32,000 nt of DNA from Opitutales bacterium (GTDB lineage Bacteria > Verrucomicrobiota > Verrucomicrobiia > Opitutales > PNEW01), in assembly GCA_965219535.1 (NCBI GenBank), contig CBDCNV010000002.1, positions 990,001-1,022,000 of the forward strand, in the 5' to 3' direction. The position numbers and the translations under genes were made by a program. This document shows, piece after piece, positions 1-7,903 of this stretch. The notes beneath the pieces were generated by a model, which saw only the letters and a program-made list of their open reading frames with translations, was not told the DNA's origin and did no database searches. The number at the start of each line of letters is the position of its first letter. Position 1 is the first letter of the stretch.

Positions 1-12
1 AATACGGCTATA

Positions 13-477
13 ATGCCTTATAGATTAATTATGTCCAAAAGAGAAGATACTTTAAGTCATCTTCTGGATCGTTGTCGCAAAGAGGGAATGAGGATAACAG
101 CGGCTTTAAAAAAAATCCTCAATCTGCTGAACAGCAAAGAAGGACCAGTCACCGTTAAGTCACTTATTGAATCGAAAAATATCGAAGGCAGCTGCGATCC
201 AGCTACTGTCTATCGGTTGCTACAGAAGTTGGAAGAAAATAGTATAATTCGAAAAATTGGTCTTCATGATCGATCGACACACTTTATTTTAAATGAATCT
301 GATCAACACCGTGACTATGTTGTCTGTCTCAACTGCGGTGATGTAGAGGTCCTCGAAATGACCTGCCCGGTAGAAGAACTGGAAAACCAAGTCAGTAAAA
401 ATACGGGATTCCAGGACGTATACCATGAACTGCAATTCTATGGTATTTGCCCGGAATGTGTGAAGGGCAAATTATAG
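13..477 (+). CDS. Fur-family metalloregulator (transcription factor)
   Basis: 154-aa ORF with an alternative ATG at 31. The N-terminus is winged-helix-like. The C-terminal paired CxxC motifs (CLNCG ... CPEC) are typical of the Fur-family structural Zn site. The usual His-rich regulatory cluster is reduced to QHRDY, so Fur/Zur/PerR-type specificity cannot be assigned. Confidence 0.85.
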   Translation: MPYRLIMSKREDTLSHLLDRCRKEGMRITAALKKILNLLNSKEGPVTVKSLIESKNIEGSCDPATVYRLLQKLEENSIIRKIGLHDRSTHFILNESDQHRDYVVCLNCGDVEVLEMTCPVEELENQVSKNTGFQDVYHELQFYGICPECVKGKL

Positions 478-525
478 AATCCCGATATATCCACCTCAAG
501 CATGCGGATGATTATTACATTCGGC

Positions 526-581
526 TTGCATGCCAGCAGTGATAAACTGTAATGCCGCCTGTTTACTGATAATACTTATCC
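526..581 (+). promoter_or_regulatory. Candidate sigma70-type promoter (TTGCAT-16 nt-TGTAAT) followed by a Fur-box-like operator
   Basis: TTGCAT lies at 526-531 and TGTAAT at 548-553. TGATAATACTTATCC at 567-581 matches the 7-1-7 Fur box TGATAATNATTATCA at 12 of 14 specified positions. The 19-mer at 562-580 matches GATAATGATAATCATTATC at 14 of 19 positions. Pattern match by eye only. Confidence 0.35.
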
Positions 582-3154
582 CGGTGCAAAACATTAAAAC
601 GAAAATACCTATTTCGAAATTATTCTTCCTATTGCTTATAGCATACCTGCCTCTTTTTGGTAGCGAAGAGAATAAGAAAAACAAAGTTAATTTCACGTGG
701 AACGAAATTCCGTCCTTATTGACATCGGGTATAACTCAAGAATTGACAGGTTTAAGGGAAGCATTTGCCGGAGTTCATAATGATGCTTACATTATCGCGG
801 GTGGAATTCGCAGTATTAAACGTGGAGATGAGAGTGAGAATATTTGGAGTGACGAGATATACGTCCTGGAGAAAAACGCCGATGGCAATTACCAGTGGAA
901 TGACCGTAGTATAAACAAATTACCCCGACCACTGGCCCAAGGTGTAGCGATAACGACAGCGGAAGGTATTTTATGCATCGGTGGCAGCGATGAGGATGAA
1001 TGTTCTTCAGCTGTATATCTTCTGCGATGGAACAGCGCCGAGCAGCAAGTCGAAATTGATACAATGCCATCGTTACCTCGCCCCTTGGCTTTAATGAGTG
1101 GTGCCAAAATCGGCAACTCCGTTTACATAGCCGGAGGGCAGGAGAGTATAAAGAATGCAAGAGCGACGAACAATTTCTGGACCCTCAATCTTGTTCAAGA
1201 AAAGGGACACAATAATCACTGGCGTGAACTCAGCTCCTGGCCAGGACCCGCGCGCATAGAACCAGTAGCGATTGAGCAAAGTGATGGTGTAATAGATGCC
1301 TTTTATCTTTTTGGCGGTCATTCTCTGGAACCCGAAAGCAAAGATAAAGCGCTTACTGACATTTATCATTTCAATCCAGAATTAGGAGTATGGAAACGCA
1401 TTTCCGACATAAATTCAAGTTATACATTAAGTCATGCTTCTGGTATCCCTTACGGTGCTAATCACGTGCTGTTTTTCAATGGGGCAGCGCAACAAATATT
1501 GGCCTATCATACGATTACAGATACCTGGATCGAAGTGTCAGATCTTCCAGCTCGTGGTGAGATAGGGGCAAATGCTGTCTTGTGGGACAATGCTTTTGTA
1601 ATCCCTGTGACTTCCTATCAGCCAGGTGGGACAACGACGAATTTTTGGAAAATCGAACGCCAGATTATTCATAAGTTTGGCTGGTTAAATTACACGGTCC
1701 TCATTCTCTTTTTTGTCATGCTTATAATTATGGGTTGGTTCTTTTCTAAACGCGAAAAGAGCACGGATGATTATTTTAAAGCGGGGAAACGTGTTCCCTG
1801 GTGGGCAGCGGGTATAAGTATCATTGGGACTGGACTAAGCGCTCTCACCTTTATGGCGGTCCCCGCCAAAGCTTATGCTACCGACTGGATCTATTATTTC
1901 AGTTATCTTTTTGGCCCTCTCCTTGCACCCGTCATCGTCTATGCATTTCTTCCTTTTTTTCGCAGACTCAATGTTACCACCGCCTATGAATATCTTGAAT
2001 TGCGCTTCAACCTGCCAGTCCGCCTCATCAGCAGCATTACTTTTATTTTATTCCAGATCGGTCGCGTCAGCGTCATATTACTGCTGCCTTCGATCGCACT
2101 TTCGGTTGCGACGGGTATCAATATCTTTCTCTCGATCACGGTACTAGGAATTATTTCAACGGTCTATACGGTGATGGGCGGGATTGAAGCCGTGATCTGG
2201 ACAGATGTGATTCAGGTTATTATTCTTTTTCTGGGAGCAATAATCAGCCTGGTTATTATTATCTTCCACATGGAAGGTGATATTGCAGGCATGTATACAA
2301 TAGCGTTGGAGAATAATAAACTTAATCTCGTAGATTTTGCATTTGATCTGACGATAGTGACATTCTGGGCAATCATTTTCAGTCTACCTGCCGGACTTTC
2401 AGCGGTTGCGGATCAGGCTACGATCCAACGCTATCTGACAACCAAAAATGAGAAAGATGCAGCAAAAAGTATCTGGATGACGCAATGTATAGGTCCATTC
2501 TCGGGATTTCTATTTTTTGCCATTGGGACTGCGCTCTATTTGTTTTACAAATCATTTCCCGAAAAACTCACTCCGGGACTTGAACAAACGGATGCTACAT
2601 TTCCCTTGTTTATTGTGACCGAGATGCCGGCTGGCATATCGGGATTGATTATTGCGGCTATTTTCGCGGCTGCGATGTCCAGTCTGGACAGCAGTATCCA
2701 CAGCTCATCAACCGCGATCGTGACAGATTTCTACCGACGGCTAAAAAAAGATGTAACTGACGTGCAATGTTTGCACTTAGCGCGGTGGTTGACCGCGATT
2801 TTTGGAATCTTTGGAACCGGGCTCGCTCTTTACATGGGCCAATTCGACATCAAGTCTCTATGGGACATATTTATCCAAATTGGAAATCTGTTGACCGGAG
2901 GATTAGCCGGGATTTTTGTCCTCGCGGTATTTACGAAACGGGCGCATTCGACTGGAGTTCTCGTAGGATTTTTTGCCAGTGCGATAATTCTTTACCTCTT
3001 TAAAAGTTATACCAATGTGCATTTTTGGTGGTATACGATAACTGGCATGAGCAGTTGCCTTGTTGTTGGTTATCTTACCAGTTTGATTATCCCCGCTAAG
3101 GAAAAATCTCTGGAAGGGCTCACTATTTATAACATGGGAAAAAGAGTAGATTAA
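530..3154 (+). CDS. Fusion protein: periplasmic Kelch-repeat (NanM-like, cyclically permuted mutarotase-type) beta-propeller + sodium:solute symporter (SSS family)
   Basis: 874-aa ORF from ATG 530. An in-frame GTG at 584 gives a cleaner Sec signal peptide (MQNIKTKIPISKLFFLLLIAYLPLFG). Up to about nt 1670 there are Kelch-type blades (IIAGGI, LCIGGS, VYIAGGQ, YLFGGH). From about nt 1680 to the end there is a long multi-TM SSS-type carrier core. Confidence 0.85.
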   Translation: MPAVINCNAACLLIILIPVQNIKTKIPISKLFFLLLIAYLPLFGSEENKKNKVNFTWNEIPSLLTSGITQELTGLREAFAGVHNDAYIIAGGIRSIKRGDESENIWSDEIYVLEKNADGNYQWNDRSINKLPRPLAQGVAITTAEGILCIGGSDEDECSSAVYLLRWNSAEQQVEIDTMPSLPRPLALMSGAKIGNSVYIAGGQESIKNARATNNFWTLNLVQEKGHNNHWRELSSWPGPARIEPVAIEQSDGVIDAFYLFGGHSLEPESKDKALTDIYHFNPELGVWKRISDINSSYTLSHASGIPYGANHVLFFNGAAQQILAYHTITDTWIEVSDLPARGEIGANAVLWDNAFVIPVTSYQPGGTTTNFWKIERQIIHKFGWLNYTVLILFFVMLIIMGWFFSKREKSTDDYFKAGKRVPWWAAGISIIGTGLSALTFMAVPAKAYATDWIYYFSYLFGPLLAPVIVYAFLPFFRRLNVTTAYEYLELRFNLPVRLISSITFILFQIGRVSVILLLPSIALSVATGINIFLSITVLGIISTVYTVMGGIEAVIWTDVIQVIILFLGAIISLVIIIFHMEGDIAGMYTIALENNKLNLVDFAFDLTIVTFWAIIFSLPAGLSAVADQATIQRYLTTKNEKDAAKSIWMTQCIGPFSGFLFFAIGTALYLFYKSFPEKLTPGLEQTDATFPLFIVTEMPAGISGLIIAAIFAAAMSSLDSSIHSSSTAIVTDFYRRLKKDVTDVQCLHLARWLTAIFGIFGTGLALYMGQFDIKSLWDIFIQIGNLLTGGLAGIFVLAVFTKRAHSTGVLVGFFASAIILYLFKSYTNVHFWWYTITGMSSCLVVGYLTSLIIPAKEKSLEGLTIYNMGKRVD

Positions 3155-3275
3155 TTACTTTCTCATTATTCAATTTATGGATTAATAGCTTCACACACGT
3201 GAGCTAAATGACACTTGAAAGTAATTTACCTCTATTATAAATTCTTAAATTGAAGCGATAAAATCAGCGCCTAAA

Positions 3276-3848
3276 ATGAAACGTTCGGAAATCAATCAAT
3301 CTTTCCTGTCAGCAAATAAATGCTTCACGAAAAATGGCTGGGTGTTGCCGCCGAATGCAAAATGGGACGTGACTGATTTCGGCCTGGGAGATTTTTCAAA
3401 ATATGGGCTGACCTTAGTAAATCTTGCTGAAGAACCTGAGTATTGTGAAAAGATCATGTACGTGAAAAAGAACCAGACTACACCCGCTCATTGCCATAAA
3501 AAAAAGAAGGAGGATATCATTTGCCGACAGGGAGCGCTGGCAGTTGTCGTCTGGCCACGTCACCCCGACGATTCCAAGGAGGGTGAAAATTTTAAAGTCA
3601 AGATCAACGGGTCCCCGAGAGATGTGGCATCGGCAGAAAAGATTAGTCTTAAACCAGGTGAGCGCGTCACCTTAATCCAGGGTGTCTATCATGAATTTTT
3701 TGCTGAGAGCGAAGAGTGCATGATCGGTGAAGTCTCTACGGCAAACGATGATCTTCACGATAACTTTTTTGTTAATCCAGAAATTGGCCGTTTCCCAGGT
3801 GTTGAAGAAGACGAAGAACCCATAGTCACCCTGGTCAGTGACAAATGA
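3276..3848 (+). CDS. D-lyxose/D-mannose-type sugar isomerase (cupin fold)
   Basis: 190-aa ORF. Its metal motif TPAHCHKKKKEDIICRQG ... GVYHEF resembles the HxH..K.EDIINRGG ... H motif of the D-lyxose ketol-isomerase family. Confidence 0.75.
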   Translation: MKRSEINQSFLSANKCFTKNGWVLPPNAKWDVTDFGLGDFSKYGLTLVNLAEEPEYCEKIMYVKKNQTTPAHCHKKKKEDIICRQGALAVVVWPRHPDDSKEGENFKVKINGSPRDVASAEKISLKPGERVTLIQGVYHEFFAESEECMIGEVSTANDDLHDNFFVNPEIGRFPGVEEDEEPIVTLVSDK

Positions 3849-3980
3849 ACTGGGAACTGCTGTAATAATGGGGATCTTTAAACTATGCGGCTGAATCTTT
3901 GACGGAGCAGATTAATTAGTGCAGATAGCATAAGAAGAGGCATTATTGCTGGGGGCAACTGGGTCATTGATCATGTTAAA

Positions 3981-4943
3981 GTGATTGATGTCTACCCGCC
4001 ACAGGATGCTTTAGCGGTAATTGAAAATGAATCGCTGGGCAATGGGGGAGGCCCTTATAATCTCCTGAAGGATTTATCGAAAATGGGAGTGGGGATTCCC
4101 CTGACCGGTGTTGGATTAGTAGGTGAAGACAGTGACGGGGAGCACATACTCAATGATTGCAATAACTCCGCTATCGATTGTGATTTAATTAAAGTAACGA
4201 ATGAAGCCCCGACATCTTACACGGATGTAATGTCAGTTAAATCTACCGGTCGGCGAACTTTTTTTCATCAGCGCGGCGCGAATGCGCTGCTCAATGAAAG
4301 CCATTTCGATTTAAGTAAAAGCAATGCCTGGTTGTTACATCTGGCTTATCTGAATCTTCTCGATTCTTTGGATATTATTGATGACAGCGGCTATACCGGT
4401 GCAACCCACGTATTAAAAAAAGCCAGGGAGTTGGGTATGAAAACTTCAATCGATCTGGTCTCTGTCGAGAGTAACATGTTTAATCGTGTGATTAAACCGT
4501 CCTTGCCGTTCGTGAATTATTTTCTTCTTAATGAGATTGAAGCTGAGCGCATTGCCGATATTCAAATTGTTAAAGGGGAAGAGGTAGATTTGAAATCAGT
4601 AGCAAATGCCGCAGAGAAGCTCATCGAAATGGGAATTGGCAATCTTGTTGTAATACATTTTCCCGATGGCGCATTAGCTATGGATACAAACGGAAAGAAG
4701 TATTTGCAAGGATCCCTTCTCGTGCCTACTGAAGAAATAAAAGGCACAGTTGGTGCGGGAGATTCTTTTGCCGCGGGGATGCTTTACGGATTACATGAAG
4801 ACTGGCCTGTAGATAAATGCCTTAATCTTGCGGTCTGTGTGTCCGCAAGCTGTCTATATGATGCGACCACTTCGGGAGGGATTCTCCCTTTAAATGAGTG
4901 TCTCGCTCTTGGCGAAAAGTACGGATATCGGAAGATTGTTTAA
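3981..4943 (+). CDS. PfkB-family carbohydrate kinase (fructokinase/ribokinase-like)
   Basis: Contains the GG motif (LGNGGGPYNL) and the C-terminal PfkB signature (GTVGAGDSFAAGMLYGL). The coordinates use the first canonical start (GTG 3981). The open frame extends upstream to 3903 and encodes the conserved first strand RRGIIAGGNWVIDHVK. The true start is therefore probably a near-cognate codon (ATT 3915 or ATA 3930). Confidence 0.85.
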   Translation: MIDVYPPQDALAVIENESLGNGGGPYNLLKDLSKMGVGIPLTGVGLVGEDSDGEHILNDCNNSAIDCDLIKVTNEAPTSYTDVMSVKSTGRRTFFHQRGANALLNESHFDLSKSNAWLLHLAYLNLLDSLDIIDDSGYTGATHVLKKARELGMKTSIDLVSVESNMFNRVIKPSLPFVNYFLLNEIEAERIADIQIVKGEEVDLKSVANAAEKLIEMGIGNLVVIHFPDGALAMDTNGKKYLQGSLLVPTEEIKGTVGAGDSFAAGMLYGLHEDWPVDKCLNLAVCVSASCLYDATTSGGILPLNECLALGEKYGYRKIV

Positions 4944-4975
4944 TTTCAGAATTAGATTTGGGAAATAAAAGGATT

Positions 4976-6943
4976 ATGGTGATGCCTTATTCCATGACCA
5001 GGTTGGCGGTATCCATCGGAGTGATCACTCTTTGCTTTAATATATTACTGGGTGAACAATCACCAGAGGTAAACAAAGATGAGGAAGCAGCAATCGCTTT
5101 GAAAGAGATTCTCGTCACGGTAAAACCCATCCAGGAAGAGTTACTTATACAAAGACTGGGAGAGAAAGTCAGCGTCATCACTGACAAACAGATTGAGGTA
5201 TTAAACGCACATGATGTGGCGACTGCCTTGCGTCGGATTCCGGGAGTAACAATTTCCCGTTATAATGTAGTGGGAGCGTTTGGCGGTGATGCAGGTGGAA
5301 GCGTATTTATCCGCGGGCACGGGTCCGGGCGTCCGGGCGGAGAAATTTCAATGATGATCGACAATATCCCTCGATTTAGCGGGGTATGGTCGCATCCACT
5401 TCTTGATCTCATATCTGTAAACAGCGCCGAACGGATCCATGTCTATAAAAGTCCCCAGGCAGTATTATTAGGCAATATGTCATTTTTGGGGGTGAACATT
5501 GTGCCGAGAAAGAGAGATGAAAAAGGGGTCGAGGGAAGATTAAAAACTACCTATGGTTCTTATGATACTTCGACCATACAAGGCGATATTACAGGTAAGA
5601 CAGAACAACTCAATTACTCGCTGGGTGGGAGTCGTCAGGAAAGTGATGGCCACCGAAAAAATGCTGACGGCCGGGTTGAATCGATCCATGCACGACTGGG
5701 TTATCAATTAAATGAAAAATGGGAATTATCATTATTATTTCATCATAGCCATAGTTATGCTCATGACCCGCAATCGATATTTTCGTCCCCTTTATCCATT
5801 GTTGAGAGCTATATCACGGATAGCCAATTTTATGTCCTTTCTTTAACCCACGAGGATGAAGTTTTTAATGGCTATTTGAAACTGTATCTCGATGACGGAT
5901 CAACATCCTGGTATCAATGGCATCAACCACCACCTCCGCCCAATACCCCGCAGTCATTTAATAATGTTACCCGTTTTCAAAATTATGGATTTCGGGCACG
6001 TGAAAAAATAGCGTTTACCAACGATACTGAATTAACCTTGGGCTTCGATCTCGACTTCTATGGCGGCGAGGTAGAAGACACTTTTTCGGAAGGGACAGTT
6101 CTCTTTATGGAGAATATGACTTTTAAAAATATAGCGCCCTACTTGGTCTTAAGTAGAACTTTTGGAAATTCTACTCAACTTACACCCTCGGCAGGAATCA
6201 GGTATAATAAAAGTCGTTATTTTGGAGAAGACTGGGGTGCGCAAGCGGGGTTGGTTGCCGAGTTTAAAAATACTAAATTATATGCCAACTGGAATAGAGC
6301 TTTTAATCTGGCCGGAGTTTATAGTTCAGTATTTGCGACACGCTGGGGGCTTGGAGAAAAGTGGAAGGAAATGGACGCAGAAATCGTCAATCACTATGAA
6401 ATTGGAATTTCAAGACAGTTGAATGATGCTTGGTGGATCGACTTGAGCTATTTCAATGATGAGACAAAGAATTCCATTCGCTTTGATCCACCACCACCCC
6501 CTATTTTTATAACGAATGTGGGGGATTATACGATAAAAGGGATAGAAACCAATATATATTATTCACCTACTAATCGTTTGAACATTTTCCTCGGTGGTAC
6601 CTATAACGAGAGTGAACCAGAGGATGTTCCGAATCTACCCGAATGGACATTCTCTGCCGGTCTCGCCTATAAACCCCATGAACGCTGGGATTTGAACTTT
6701 GACGCACAGTATGTAGGTAAACAATATATTCTCAATCCACGTTTCAACCCTAAGCAAGTTTCAGTCGAAGAGTTTTTGCTTTTTAACGGGAGATTGGCTT
6801 ATAAATTTACCACACCTGAAAATGTATGGAAAGGGACAGTATATATCGCGGTAGAAAATATCGCAGATGAAGCGTACGAATACCGGCCCGGGTATCCTAT
6901 GCCGGGGCGTGGAGTTACGGTAGGACTGGATATAAAATTTTAA
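4976..6943 (+). CDS. TonB-dependent outer-membrane receptor (small, about 655 aa)
   Basis: Has a signal peptide (MVMPYSMTRLAVSIGVITLCFNILLG), a TonB-box-like EILVTVK and a plug motif (VSVITDKQIEVLNAHDVATALRRIPGV). A beta-barrel follows, ending in the terminal aromatic ...VGLDIKF. The ORF track starts at 4898, but that start overlaps the kinase. ATG 4976 is preceded by AAAAGGA. Confidence 0.9.
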   Translation: MVMPYSMTRLAVSIGVITLCFNILLGEQSPEVNKDEEAAIALKEILVTVKPIQEELLIQRLGEKVSVITDKQIEVLNAHDVATALRRIPGVTISRYNVVGAFGGDAGGSVFIRGHGSGRPGGEISMMIDNIPRFSGVWSHPLLDLISVNSAERIHVYKSPQAVLLGNMSFLGVNIVPRKRDEKGVEGRLKTTYGSYDTSTIQGDITGKTEQLNYSLGGSRQESDGHRKNADGRVESIHARLGYQLNEKWELSLLFHHSHSYAHDPQSIFSSPLSIVESYITDSQFYVLSLTHEDEVFNGYLKLYLDDGSTSWYQWHQPPPPPNTPQSFNNVTRFQNYGFRAREKIAFTNDTELTLGFDLDFYGGEVEDTFSEGTVLFMENMTFKNIAPYLVLSRTFGNSTQLTPSAGIRYNKSRYFGEDWGAQAGLVAEFKNTKLYANWNRAFNLAGVYSSVFATRWGLGEKWKEMDAEIVNHYEIGISRQLNDAWWIDLSYFNDETKNSIRFDPPPPPIFITNVGDYTIKGIETNIYYSPTNRLNIFLGGTYNESEPEDVPNLPEWTFSAGLAYKPHERWDLNFDAQYVGKQYILNPRFNPKQVSVEEFLLFNGRLAYKFTTPENVWKGTVYIAVENIADEAYEYRPGYPMPGRGVTVGLDIKF

Positions 6944-6954
6944 GAAAAAAGACG

Positions 6955-7494
6955 ATGAAAACACTAGCCCCAGCAAGGTTAACGAAATTTTTTAGCAAAA
7001 TTCAGCTATTAGAAACTACTATTCTCTTAAGTATTACTCTACTCTTACCCATTTTAATTCATTTTATTCCCAATTGGGGAACTCATCCCTGGGGGGCGCG
7101 GCTACTTCCGATGTATTATGCACCCCTCATTGCCGCCTTGTTCTACCCCGTGCATGTCAGTCTTATCGTCGCACTATGCCCGCCTTGGATAAATCTGATT
7201 ATCACTGGACTGCCGAAGTTACCCTTTGCTGCTCTAATGACCTATGAGCTTTTAATTTTCGTTCTTTTTATTACTTTTTTAGTCACCCTTTCGGGACGCA
7301 AGTGGTTTTATGGCCCCCTCTCTTACCTTGTAGCAAAAGTGATAATCTTCCTGTTGCTTTTTACCTGGCCGCCAAAATATTTTTTAGATTCTCCTCTCTA
7401 TTATTTTGAAAATACCTTGTTTGTAGCAATCCCGGGCATAATCCTACTCGGACTTGTCAACTGGACAGTGATAAAAATAGCACCCAGTGAATAA
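6955..7494 (+). CDS. Uncharacterised 6-TM integral membrane protein (size and topology like a solitary ECF-type substrate-binding S component)
   Basis: 179-aa ORF with about six hydrophobic helices, starting 11 nt after the TBDR stop. Its stop overlaps the next gene's GTG start by 8 nt. The family assignment is a guess from size and topology only. Confidence 0.7.
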   Translation: MKTLAPARLTKFFSKIQLLETTILLSITLLLPILIHFIPNWGTHPWGARLLPMYYAPLIAALFYPVHVSLIVALCPPWINLIITGLPKLPFAALMTYELLIFVLFITFLVTLSGRKWFYGPLSYLVAKVIIFLLLFTWPPKYFLDSPLYYFENTLFVAIPGIILLGLVNWTVIKIAPSE

Positions 7495-7903
7495 ACCGAT
7501 TGTCAACCTGTCTTTTGAGGAGATATCCAATAATATTCGGGCGACCCCATTTCCCCTCGTCGATTGTGTGCTTGGTATACTCAATGGTGGTCTCGTTCCC
7601 GCATCGCTGATCGCACACCAGTTAATGAAGCCCTTACACTTTTTACCTATTAATTACCGTGATGAAAATAATAAACCACGCTATGAAAGTCCACAACTGC
7701 TCACGCGTAACCGCCCAAAAAATTTAGGTGAACATGTTTTAGTAGTTGATGACGTTTCTGTTTCAGGACAAACATTGCGCTTGGCGAACGCGCAGTTGAA
7801 AGAATACCAGGTTACATCATTTGTCCTCATTGGAAAAGCTGATCTCGTCCTCTTCCCCCATATTAATGAATGTGTAAACTGGCCCTGGCATTGTGAACAG
7901 TGA
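7487..7903 (+). CDS. Small type-I phosphoribosyltransferase (Gpt/xanthine-guanine PRT-like architecture)
   Basis: 138-aa ORF with a GTG start. Has the PRPP-binding loop VLVVDDVSVSGQTL and the N-terminal GILNGGLVPASLIA, as in Gpt-like PRTs. The last three codons and the TGA stop lie inside the heptamer repeat. Confidence 0.8.
   Translation: MNKPIVNLSFEEISNNIRATPFPLVDCVLGILNGGLVPASLIAHQLMKPLHFLPINYRDENNKPRYESPQLLTRNRPKNLGEHVLVVDDVSVSGQTLRLANAQLKEYQVTSFVLIGKADLVLFPHINECVNWPWHCEQ

Noticed and set aside
478-535. GCATGC ... GCATGC repeat after the fur stop, as a possible terminator, and GGATGATTATTACATTC as a second Fur box
   Set aside because: The two self-complementary hexamers would enclose a 22-nt loop with no U-tract. 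The AT-rich segment matches the Fur consensus at only about 10 of 16 aligned positions, weaker than the 562-581 site.
496-696. 66-aa minus-strand ORF across the fur/symporter spacer
   Set aside because: It overlaps the predicted promoter and Fur-box region and the symporter signal peptide. It has no motif and is likely spurious.
816-1369. ORFs of 75-114 aa on the minus strand (816-1160, 889-1116, 1091-1369) inside the Kelch-SSS gene. Similar antisense or off-frame ORFs occur elsewhere: 1801-2147, 2767-3003, 10301-12331, 13099-13404, 17643-18796, 24176-25019 and 27065-28575.
   Set aside because: All lie entirely within long ORFs that carry strong family motifs. Their translations are low-complexity or Arg/Ser/Cys-rich with no recognisable motif. 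They are typical shadow ORFs.
3191-3209. Imperfect hairpin AGCT(T)CAC-acac-GTGAGCT containing the CACGTG palindrome, between the symporter and the isomerase. A TTGAAA ... TATAAA promoter-like pair lies at 3215-3241.
   Set aside because: The stem is bulged with no U-tract, so it is not a convincing terminator. The promoter-like hexamers sit in very AT-rich sequence where such matches are expected by chance.
3498-3506. A AAA AAG slippery heptamer (A8G) followed by AAGGAGG inside the cupin isomerase, resembling the E. coli dnaX frameshift site
   Set aside because: It encodes the Lys run of the conserved HCHKKKKEDIICRQG metal motif, which continues in the zero frame. The -1 frame runs on for about 27 codons with no recognisable product. 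This is most simply a coding coincidence.
4898-4975. Upstream extensions of several ORFs in the track: TBDR from 4898, rph to 10237, rseP to 13857 and HAD to 19680
   Set aside because: The extensions overlap the preceding gene or add non-conserved residues ahead of a natural N-terminus (a signal peptide, MSELNRPDKR, MNPEIFK or MNAVLLDLDG). Internal ATG starts were preferred.
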